Shown here: positions 26,732 through 34,644 of the stretch, piece after piece | Numbering within the stretch: the first letter of the stretch is position 1 | How the letters are laid out: each line of letters begins with the position of its first letter | Origin: a virus | Taxonomy: Duplodnaviria; Caudoviricetes | Length of the DNA stretch: 34,644 nucleotides | IMG/VR virus record: IMGVR_UViG_3300024996_000121 | Location: 1 to 34,644 of that record | Direction: 5' to 3' (one strand) | Translations under genes and position numbers: made by a program | Notes under the pieces: model-generated | Told to the model about the DNA's origin: nothing | The model's database searches: none | What the model saw: only the letters and a program-made list of their open reading frames with translations

Positions 26732-27673
26732 ATGTCACTGCGATCCAAAACCCTCCTGGTGCTCGCGCTGGCGGAAGTCACCTACGGCACCGCCGTGGCG
26801 GCGGCCGGCAGCGGCGCCATCGTTACCAGCAACGCTCAGCTGAGCCCGCTCGAAGGCAACACGGTCAGCCGCAACCTGGACCGACCGACGTTCGGCAACG
26901 ACCTGCAGCTGCACGTGGGCGTGCACTGCATGCTGCAGTTCGATGTCGAGCTGGTCGGCAGCGGCGCGCTGGGCACCGCGCCGGCGTGGGGCTCCTTGCT
27001 GAAGGCCTGCGGAGTGAAGGAAACCGTCGTTGCCGTGACCTCGGTCGTCTATACGCCGGACACGCCCAGCACGGAATCCCTGACGCTGTATTTCAACATG
27101 GACGGCCAGCAGCACATGCTGACCGGTGCTCGTGGCACCTTCCAGATGAAGGTCGAGAGTGGCCAGATCCCGCACCTGACCTTCCAGTTCACCGGCATCT
27201 GGAACACGCCCACCAGCACCGCGGCCGTGTCGCCCACCGGCTGGAGCGCGTTCAAGGTGCCGACCCCGGTCACGTTCGACAACACGCAGGAGGTCAGCGT
27301 CCACGCGATCGCCAGCGTGTTCAAAACCTTCGACTTCGACCAGGGCAACACCGTCACGTACTTCGACAACCCTGGCGAGCAGGAGGTGACCATCACCAAC
27401 CGCGAAAGCAAGGGCAGCGTCTCGATCCTGGCGCCGACGATTGCGACGAAGGATTACTTCACCGCAACCAAGGCCAACACCCTTGGTGCCTTCAGCTTCA
27501 GCCACGGCACCGACGACACCCTGCGCGTTGCGTTCGCCAGCAGCCAAATGCAGTTGTTGCAGCCGAAGTATGGGAACGACTCCGATCGCGCCACGCTCGA
27601 TGCGCAGCTTGCCTTCGTGCCCACCGATACCGGTGACGACGAGTGGGAGCTGCGCCTGGAAGCCGCGGCGTAG
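26732..27673 (+). CDS. major tail tube protein
   Basis: EVTYGT, LLKACG, LTGARG motifs; 313 aa; synteny. Confidence 0.85.
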   Translation: MSLRSKTLLVLALAEVTYGTAVAAAGSGAIVTSNAQLSPLEGNTVSRNLDRPTFGNDLQLHVGVHCMLQFDVELVGSGALGTAPAWGSLLKACGVKETVVAVTSVVYTPDTPSTESLTLYFNMDGQQHMLTGARGTFQMKVESGQIPHLTFQFTGIWNTPTSTAAVSPTGWSAFKVPTPVTFDNTQEVSVHAIASVFKTFDFDQGNTVTYFDNPGEQEVTITNRESKGSVSILAPTIATKDYFTATKANTLGAFSFSHGTDDTLRVAFASSQMQLLQPKYGNDSDRATLDAQLAFVPTDTGDDEWELRLEAAA

Positions 27674-27771
27674 CCGACGCGGCGTGATTCCCCCGACAGG
27701 CCCGCCGCCGACATGGGGCGGGCATTTTCCGCCACGCAACGCCGTTGCACCTCACCCAAGGATCCGCACAC

Positions 27772-28125
27772 ATGAGTCTCAAGCTGAAAATGACCGAATC
27801 GTTCAAGGCACGCGTCAGCGTCCCCGTATTGAGCGACGACGCCGACCGCGAGCAGGAAGCGTCTTTCGTCGCCGAGTTCAAACACCTGGACCGCGCGCAG
27901 TTCGACGCGTTGATGGCCAAGTCACCGAGCGACGCCGAGTTTCTCGACGAAGTGTTGATCGGCGTTGCAGAAGTGGCGAACGGAGACGGCAGTCCGATTG
28001 GGTTCGCCGAAGCCAAGGAGGCGATCAAGAACGATCTGGCGTACAGCGGAGCCACCGTGCGCGCGTTCATGGAGAAGCTGAGCGGTGCTGCGGCAAAAAA
28101 CTCGAATCGGTCGCGCGCGCGCTGA
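27772..28125 (+). CDS. tail assembly chaperone (gpG-like)
   Basis: Between tube and tape measure; ends ..AAKN at a slippery site. Confidence 0.85.
   Translation: MSLKLKMTESFKARVSVPVLSDDADREQEASFVAEFKHLDRAQFDALMAKSPSDAEFLDEVLIGVAEVANGDGSPIGFAEAKEAIKNDLAYSGATVRAFMEKLSGAAAKNSNRSRAR
28095..28101 (+). other. -1 ribosomal frameshift heptamer A AAA AAC
   Basis: XXXYYYZ in correct phase; -1 frame stays open to 28487. Confidence 0.8.
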
Positions 28126-28487
28126 ACACGAGCGGGTCCGTCGACGACGACGAAGGCCCCTCGCTTGCCCAGCAGCTCGCAGCGGCCGGCGCACCGACCG
28201 AGATCGTGGCAGACGCCGAAGCGGCGCCGGTGGTGGACAGCAGCATTGAAGTACTCGCATGCAACTGGCTTACGGTCGAGGTGTTCCAGACGTGCCAGCT
28301 GGGCTTTGCGAACGGCGCTGGCGGCGCTATCTGCCTGGGCATTCCCGCCACGGAGATCCATGCCGCGCTGCAACTGCAGCGCGTGCCACGGCCGCACTGG
28401 CGTGAGGTGGCCGCCGGCATCCAGCTGATGGGCCGCGTCGCGGCGTCGACGATCAACGCGGCCATCGAACGCGCCACGAAACACTGA
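28095..28487 (+). CDS. frameshift extension of tail chaperone (gpT-like, DUF1799-like)
   Basis: EVLACNWLTVEVFQTCQ...GIQLMG; lacks its own good start codon. Confidence 0.8.
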   Translation, partial: KKLESVARALNTSGSVDDDEGPSLAQQLAAAGAPTEIVADAEAAPVVDSSIEVLACNWLTVEVFQTCQLGFANGAGGAICLGIPATEIHAALQLQRVPRPHWREVAAGIQLMGRVAASTINAAIERATKH

Positions 28488-28501
28488 CCGCAGGCAGGGA
28501 C

Positions 28502-31500
28502 ATGGCCACCAATTTCACCGTAGGCGTTCGCTTCACCGGCAACAGCAGCGACCTGAATGCCGCGGCGAAGGAAGCCGTCAACGCCGAACGTGAAGTGGGA
28601 CTTGCCGGCCAGCAGGCGGGCGACCAGGCCACCCGTGGTCTCAAGCCAGTCACCAATACGGTTGAAGGCATCGGCAACTCGGTACGCCGCACGCTGGCGA
28701 CGCTGGTCGCGGGCATCGGCGTCGTACAGACGGTTCGCGGCCTGGCCAGCATGGCTGACCAGTACGCCAACATCGGCGCGCAGTTGCGGTTGGCGTCCGG
28801 TGGCACCGTCTCGTTTGCCCAGGCGCAGGAACAAGCCCTTGGCGTGGCGCAGCGCACTGCGTCCAGCCTGGGAACCACGGCGGACCTGATCGGCAAGCTG
28901 TCCACCAGTTTCCGTAGCTTGGGCGGCGACGCGCGGACATCCTTCAATGTCGCTGTCGGGCTATCGGAGACGATCAGCCAGGCGGTGGCGCTTTCCGGCG
29001 CGTCGGCCGCGGCCGCGTCCGCAGCGATTACCCAGCTTGGCCAGGGCCTTGCGAGCGGCACGCTGCGCGGCGACGAGCTCAACAGCGTGCTCGAACAGAC
29101 GCCGCGTCTCGCGCAAGCGATCGCCCAGGGCATGGGCATCACGGTCGGTCAACTGCGGGCATTGGGCGCACAGGGAAAGATCACCGCGCAGCAGATCCTC
29201 GACGCCTTGATCAAGCAGCGGGAGCAAGTGGCGCGCGAATATAGTCAGCTGCCGCTGACCATTGGCCGCGCCTGGTCGCAACTGCAGAACTCGGTGTTGA
29301 GCTACGTCGGCACGGCGGATCAGGCCAACAGCGTGTCACGCAAGGTCGCCGATGCAATTTCGGGTGTTGCGCGGCACGTCGATGACATCGCACGCGCAGT
29401 CGTCACGCTGGGCCAGATCGTGGCCACCGTATACGCCACCAAGATGATCTATGCGGGTCTGGCGTGGATCGCCAACCTGCGCGCGCAGTCTGCTGCGGTG
29501 GACGCCAACGGCATAGCCGTGAAGGGCTGGGCCGCAAAAACGGCCACCAGCTTCGCCAATGCACGCGCGAGCATCGGTCTGGTCGGCATCGCGTTCAACG
29601 TGTTGGGCTCGGCTATTGTCGGCTGGCAGATCGGTACCTACCTACGTGGCCAATTCCTGGAGGTGCGCCTCGCTGGCATCGCCCTGGTCGATGGCTTGCT
29701 GGTCGTATGGGAAAGGATCAAGGAGGGCGCCAGCCTGGCGTTCACCGCGGTCACGTTTGTCGCCAAGGGGTCGTTCAACGACATCCGTGCCGGCGCGGTA
29801 GACATGTTCAGCACGCTCGGCGGCGCCTTGGCGAAGCTACCGAATTCGATGGCGAAGACAATCGGTGCGGCATGGTTGGGTTTGTCCGCGGGCTTGCGCA
29901 CGGCCAAGACGGATGCTTCGGCGTACGCCGTCGCCGCGGCCGGGATTCGCGCCGAGACCGAAAAGAACATTACCGCCATCCATCGAACGACAGATGAGAT
30001 GGTGGATTACGAAAGCGCACAGGAAAATGCCAAGGCCGCGACGAAGAGCAATGCTCAGGCGAATGACGACCTGCGTAAGCAGGCCGAAGAGCTGGCTGCG
30101 CAGCTGAAGCAGACCACTGCGGCAACCGGTGACCAAACACAAGCGAATAAGGCGGCCGCCGATGCCGCCCGTGAGTTGGCCCGCGCAAACGCCGAAATCA
30201 TCAGTGGCCAGGCCGCGCTTGATGAACAGATCGATCAACTGCGCGACAAGCTGGCGGGCTTGAGCGATCAGCAGATCGAATACAACGCCGGTGTGCGCGA
30301 GGCCGCTAACGCATATGCCGATTGGGTTCGGGCAGGTGTGCCGGTATCGCAGGCCATGCAGGATCTGCAACGGCGCTACGACACGCTCAACGACCGGCTG
30401 CAGGTGAAGAACGAACTCGACGCGAAAAACAACCAGGAAACGCCGGAAACGGTCAAGAGCTACGAAACGCAGACCAGCGCGGCCGAGCGCTACTACCAGG
30501 TGATTTCGCAGGGCGCGAAGACTGCCGCTGACACCATCGGAGACTATTTCGTCCGCAACGTGAGGGGCATCAAGGATCTGTGGCGTGGTCTGGCCGATGC
30601 CGCCAAGTCGATCGTGGCCCAGATCATCAGCACGTGGCTGCAATTGCGTGTGCTGCAGCCGTTGTTGGCGAACATGTTTCCAGGCATCGGATTACTTGGC
30701 GTCGCCGGCTCACTGGCACCCCACACCGCGGCGGCGACGGGAGTCGGTAGCGGAATCAGCACTGCCCTCGGCGGCGCCGGCGGATCCGGTGGAGGTCTCG
30801 GCAGCTATCCGGGCTTCATCTCCAGCATCGGAGCGGCCAAGAACGCGTATACATGGGCGTCGACGGGCGGCCTCTGGGGCAGCGCGCCAGCGTCGGCGCC
30901 CGGCATGTACGGCCCGTACGCGTCGGGCTACAAGGGCATGCAGACCGGTCTCGGCTTCACCGGCCCCACAGGCCCCTACGGTGGCACGCTGGGTGGGTTC
31001 AGCACCATCGGCCTTGCCGGTGGTGCGCTGGGTGCCATGTGGGGCCTGGGGCGCGGCAGCGGCGGCCTCAGCACCGCAGCGTCCACCGCCACCGGCGCCA
31101 TCGGCGGGTATGCAGCCGGCACCGCCATTGCCACCACGATCTCCAGTGGCGTCGCTGCCGGTATGGCTGCCATCCCGGTGGTGGGCTGGGTCGCCCTGGC
31201 CGCGATGGCGATCGACCAGGTCAGCGGTGGCAAGCTGTTCGGCACGAAGTACCAGACAGCGGCATCCGATGCGACGCTCAGCCTCGGCGCCGGCGGCGCG
31301 GATGCCTCGGCATCGCTGTACCAGACGAAGCAGCGCGCGCTGTTCGGCGGCCGCAAGACGCGCGTGGTCGACCAAGCCGTGTCCCCAGAGATGCTCGCGG
31401 CGGCGAACGCGCTGTACGACGGCGTCGAGAAAACGATGGTGCAAGGCGCGCAGAAGCTGGGCGTCGACGTGCCAGCGATGATCGAAGCCAGCCTCAACAC

Positions 31501-32944
31501 GCACACCACGTACAACGACAAGGGTCAGGTGCGCGCGACGGAGTACGTCGTCAACTACCTGGGTCAGACGTGGAAAGAGGCGACCGCCGAAGCGGCCGCG
31601 CAACGCATCGGCGCCGAAGCCCTGGTCGCGACCGTCGCGAAGTCCGCCGGCGACGTCGCCCAGCAGATCGCCGAACAGTGGCGCGGCAGCGCGGACACCT
31701 TGCTCGACGGCGCGCAGACGATGCTCGCCGCGCAGGCCGACATCAACCGCGGCAACAGCCTGGTCGCGCTCGGCGCCAGTGCCACGCTCGCCCAGGTGGT
31801 CAAGTTCACCCAGGGCTTGCAACAGGAAGGCGAGAAGCTCGCGGATACGTACGCACGGTTGGCGCAGGCCAGCGCGGCATACACCCAGTTCGTCGGCCAG
31901 TTCGCGCCGCAGGCCACCGGCTTCGGCGCAAGCCTGCAGGCGATCAACCAGCAGATGCTGGCCAACATCGACCAGGCGAACACGCTGGCCCAGGCCGCCG
32001 GCATGCAGGGTGCGGCCGAGACGGACCTGGCCAACATCCACCGCTCGGCCGCCGAGCAGGCCGCTGCGGCGATCGCGCAGCTGAGCTCCGCGGCGCAGGA
32101 CCTGGCCAGCAAGCTCTACGGCGCCACGAGCAACACCCTGGCGAGCGTCAACGCGCAGATCGACAAGTTGACCGCCAAGACCCAAACGGCCGCGCAGCTC
32201 GCCATCGGCGACAACTCGCCGCTCAACGACAAGGCCAAGCTCGACATCGCGCTCAAGGGCCTGCGCAGCGGCATCACCAGTGCCAACGATGTGCTCGCGT
32301 TGGGCCGCAAGCTGTACGCCTCGAGCGCGGATTACACCGGGCTGTACAACAAGGTCAGCGAGATCCTGCAGCTGCCCGGCGCGACCGGCGGCCAGAGCAT
32401 CGACAGCGCGCTCACCGACTACAACAAGCTGATCGGCCAGCGCGACCAGCTGCAGGCGCAAGCCGACGCGATGGGCCGGTTCACGGATGCCAAAACGCTG
32501 GCGCAGTACGTCGCGGATATCAGCACCACGCACGGCATCGGCTTCGGCGAAGCGGCCAGCGGCCTGGGCTTTTCGCTCGCCGACCTCGGTAAAGACCTCG
32601 GGCTCACGAACGTGGCCGGTTACCTGCAGACGCTGCAGCAGCAGGACCTCGCTGGCACCACGCTCACCGCCAGCAGCTCGATCGTCGACGCGATCCGCCA
32701 GCTCGGCCATGACCTGATCGCCACGATCACCGGCGCGCCGATCGCGTTGCCGGGCCCCGGCTCCGCCGTATCCGTCACGTCGTCGACGCCCGAGCAGCTG
32801 GCGTTGCTCCAGAAGCTCAGCAGCCAGCTCGACCAGGTCATCAAGCACACCGGCGACACCGCCCAGACGAACGACAAAATGGCGAAGTCCGGTGCCGGCG
32901 ATACCCTGCGCGCCCTGGCCGGCAGCTCGCGGGCTGCGCTGTGA
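28502..32944 (+). CDS. tail tape measure protein
   Basis: QLGQGLASGTLRGDELNSVLEQTPRLA tape-measure motif; 1480 aa, Ala-rich. Confidence 0.95.
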   Translation: MATNFTVGVRFTGNSSDLNAAAKEAVNAEREVGLAGQQAGDQATRGLKPVTNTVEGIGNSVRRTLATLVAGIGVVQTVRGLASMADQYANIGAQLRLASGGTVSFAQAQEQALGVAQRTASSLGTTADLIGKLSTSFRSLGGDARTSFNVAVGLSETISQAVALSGASAAAASAAITQLGQGLASGTLRGDELNSVLEQTPRLAQAIAQGMGITVGQLRALGAQGKITAQQILDALIKQREQVAREYSQLPLTIGRAWSQLQNSVLSYVGTADQANSVSRKVADAISGVARHVDDIARAVVTLGQIVATVYATKMIYAGLAWIANLRAQSAAVDANGIAVKGWAAKTATSFANARASIGLVGIAFNVLGSAIVGWQIGTYLRGQFLEVRLAGIALVDGLLVVWERIKEGASLAFTAVTFVAKGSFNDIRAGAVDMFSTLGGALAKLPNSMAKTIGAAWLGLSAGLRTAKTDASAYAVAAAGIRAETEKNITAIHRTTDEMVDYESAQENAKAATKSNAQANDDLRKQAEELAAQLKQTTAATGDQTQANKAAADAARELARANAEIISGQAALDEQIDQLRDKLAGLSDQQIEYNAGVREAANAYADWVRAGVPVSQAMQDLQRRYDTLNDRLQVKNELDAKNNQETPETVKSYETQTSAAERYYQVISQGAKTAADTIGDYFVRNVRGIKDLWRGLADAAKSIVAQIISTWLQLRVLQPLLANMFPGIGLLGVAGSLAPHTAAATGVGSGISTALGGAGGSGGGLGSYPGFISSIGAAKNAYTWASTGGLWGSAPASAPGMYGPYASGYKGMQTGLGFTGPTGPYGGTLGGFSTIGLAGGALGAMWGLGRGSGGLSTAASTATGAIGGYAAGTAIATTISSGVAAGMAAIPVVGWVALAAMAIDQVSGGKLFGTKYQTAASDATLSLGAGGADASASLYQTKQRALFGGRKTRVVDQAVSPEMLAAANALYDGVEKTMVQGAQKLGVDVPAMIEASLNTHTTYNDKGQVRATEYVVNYLGQTWKEATAEAAAQRIGAEALVATVAKSAGDVAQQIAEQWRGSADTLLDGAQTMLAAQADINRGNSLVALGASATLAQVVKFTQGLQQEGEKLADTYARLAQASAAYTQFVGQFAPQATGFGASLQAINQQMLANIDQANTLAQAAGMQGAAETDLANIHRSAAEQAAAAIAQLSSAAQDLASKLYGATSNTLASVNAQIDKLTAKTQTAAQLAIGDNSPLNDKAKLDIALKGLRSGITSANDVLALGRKLYASSADYTGLYNKVSEILQLPGATGGQSIDSALTDYNKLIGQRDQLQAQADAMGRFTDAKTLAQYVADISTTHGIGFGEAASGLGFSLADLGKDLGLTNVAGYLQTLQQQDLAGTTLTASSSIVDAIRQLGHDLIATITGAPIALPGPGSAVSVTSSTPEQLALLQKLSSQLDQVIKHTGDTAQTNDKMAKSGAGDTLRALAGSSRAAL

Positions 32945-34644
32945 GCCGGCGCATCGTGCTGGTCGACATCGGCCAGGGCATGACGCTGCGCGGCGTGCTG
33001 CCCAGCGTCGCGCTGTTCGCGGCCTACAGTGCTCATGTCGTCGCTCGTGGCGGGCAAGGCCCATATGTCTACACGATCACCGCTGGCGCGGCCGCACTGG
33101 AAGCAGCCGGCATCTATCTCGACAGCCCCACGGGTGAGCTGATTTCGAGCCGCGTGGCGTTGGGCGGCACGTTCCCGCTCACGATCAGGGCCACGTCGAT
33201 CACCGGCGCATATGTCGAGCGGTCTTTTGCGATCGTGGTGATCGCTGAGCCGCTGTCGCTCAGCGGCACGTACCCGGACGCGGTGGTCGGTGTTGACTAC
33301 CTCGCAGATCTGCAAATCAGCGGCGGCGACGGCAACTACAGCAACCCGCGCGCGATTTCTGGGGCGCTGCCGGCGGGGTTCGCACTGAGCATCGTCGGTT
33401 CGCTGCTGCGGTTGAGCGGGAAGGCGACGGCAGCAATGTCCCGCACCACTGTCGTGGTCGCCGTCGACAGTGCCGGCGGCACGGCAACAAGTACGCAGGC
33501 GATCAAGGTCACCGACCTGTCGCCACCGCAGTTCTCGGACTGGCGCTACTTGCAGACGCTGCTGTCCGACAACACCAATTACTCCGCGCCGGCGTTCGAC
33601 GATTCGGCGTGGCCAATTGGACCGGCGCCGTTCGGCAACATTCGGCCAGGGGCATCGGACGACGGGGCGCTTGCCCATGCCTTCGATAGCCGCTTCTCGC
33701 CGACGATCGCGACCACCGTCAATCTGGACCAGAGGCTCTGGATTCGGCGCAAGCTCACCCTGTCGTCCGTGCCGCCACTCGGCATCAAAATGACCGGGTT
33801 CTTCGATAATGGTTACGTGATGTACCTCAACGGCGCGGTGGTCTCGCAGAACACCACCGGGCTGCAAAGCGGCGTGACCGCCAATATTTCATCCCAGGCG
33901 CTTCTGGCTGGCGACAACGTGATCGCGGTACGGTGCGACGACGATTCGGCGACGTCTTCCACCGATGCGTCCTACTTCGATTTCCTGCTGGACGTCACGA
34001 AGGAAAGCGACATCACTACGTCGCTGTTGAATTTCGGCGGCGCCAACGGCTCCACCGTGTTCACCGATACCGCGGCCGCCCGCACCTGGACGGCATCGGG
34101 CAATGCCCAGATCGATACCTCGCTGGGCTACAACGCCGGGAAATTCGATGGTAGCGGCGACTATCTCTCGACGCCCGTGTCTCCTGGCTTTGATTTCGGC
34201 ACCGGGGACTTCACCATCGAGTTCTGGTTCCTGGTCAATTCGCTTTCCACGCAGCAGACGCTGTTCGACAACCGCAACGGGGATTCGGCCGGGGGGCTGG
34301 TCATGTACGCGCTGTCGTACGCCGGGTCCCCGCGCGTGTGGATCTATGGAAGCTCGGCAAATCGAGGCTCATCACCTGCAACGCTGACAACCGGCGCGAT
34401 GTGCCACACGGCATATTGCGTGAAGCAGGGCGTCGCCACCGTCTACCTCAACGGTGTCGGCGGTGCGCCGGTGACCTTGCCCGGCGGATTCACGTTCCCG
34501 TGCACCGGCGCACCGCGCATCGGCTCGCAGTGGAATGGCACCAATTTCCTCAACGGCTTCGTCAGGGCATTCCGGGTCACGAAGGGCTATTGCCGCTACA
34601 ACGGCGCATTCCCCCCTCCCGCCGCGCCGTTCCCGAACCCATGA
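32941..34644 (+). CDS. multidomain tail/adhesion protein: Ig-like repeats + galactose-binding-like domain + LamG-like domain
   Basis: GGQGPYVYTITAG and SGALPAGFAL (Ig); FDDSAWPIGPAPFG...YLNG...GDNVIAV (sugar-binding); GTGDFTIEFW...FRVTKGYCRY (LamG). Confidence 0.8.
   Translation: MSRRIVLVDIGQGMTLRGVLPSVALFAAYSAHVVARGGQGPYVYTITAGAAALEAAGIYLDSPTGELISSRVALGGTFPLTIRATSITGAYVERSFAIVVIAEPLSLSGTYPDAVVGVDYLADLQISGGDGNYSNPRAISGALPAGFALSIVGSLLRLSGKATAAMSRTTVVVAVDSAGGTATSTQAIKVTDLSPPQFSDWRYLQTLLSDNTNYSAPAFDDSAWPIGPAPFGNIRPGASDDGALAHAFDSRFSPTIATTVNLDQRLWIRRKLTLSSVPPLGIKMTGFFDNGYVMYLNGAVVSQNTTGLQSGVTANISSQALLAGDNVIAVRCDDDSATSSTDASYFDFLLDVTKESDITTSLLNFGGANGSTVFTDTAAARTWTASGNAQIDTSLGYNAGKFDGSGDYLSTPVSPGFDFGTGDFTIEFWFLVNSLSTQQTLFDNRNGDSAGGLVMYALSYAGSPRVWIYGSSANRGSSPATLTTGAMCHTAYCVKQGVATVYLNGVGGAPVTLPGGFTFPCTGAPRIGSQWNGTNFLNGFVRAFRVTKGYCRYNGAFPPPAAPFPNP

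Larger units (their letters stand above)
1..34644. mobile_element. Mu-like (B3-type) transposable phage/prophage with siphovirus-type tail, both ends outside window
   Basis: DDE transposase, AAA B protein, Gam, GemA, Mor and Ner on the minus strand; lysis, head and tail genes on the plus strand; no tail sheath gene; dense ATGA/TGATG overlaps. Confidence 0.95.

Noticed and set aside
27700-27728. GCCCGCC/GGCGGGC hairpin after the tail tube gene
   Set aside because: Long loop and short U-tract; plausible attenuator but weak support
34000-34644. Possible diversity-generating retroelement target at the tail protein C-terminus
   Set aside because: The domain looks LamG-like; no reverse transcriptase or template repeat is seen in the window

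Overview
The whole window is one transposable (Mu-like, B3/BcepMu-type gene order) phage or prophage from a high-GC host, probably a proteobacterium. Neither genome end is visible. Positions 1-13608 form a leftward early operon: two Ner-like regulators, CII-like and IclR-like HTH proteins, DDE transposase A, AAA/ExeA-type B protein, Gam, RdgC, GemA and Mor. A divergent immunity block follows at 13721-15076. Rightward late genes encode holin, SLT endolysin, spanins, terminase, portal, a fused protease-scaffold-capsid, a non-contractile tail with a -1 frameshifted chaperone, a 1480-aa tape measure, and an Ig/CBM/LamG tail adhesin. The most unusual part is the switch region. It has three paralogous Ner-like proteins, one occupying the repressor slot. 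That repressor's C-terminal tail shares a 17-residue beta-type motif (SVAAGxD[V/I]N[I/L]) with the N-terminus of a nearby Zn-ribbon protein, with a lipoprotein gene between them. This could be a homotypic (RHIM/BASS-like) signalling module controlling lysogeny. Other signals are a 22-bp palindrome present twice plus a near copy, two matching late-promoter motifs, putative xRE/A maturation sites, antisense genes inside the early operon, and duplicated gene ends. All family calls come from motifs and synteny read by eye; no searches were run.
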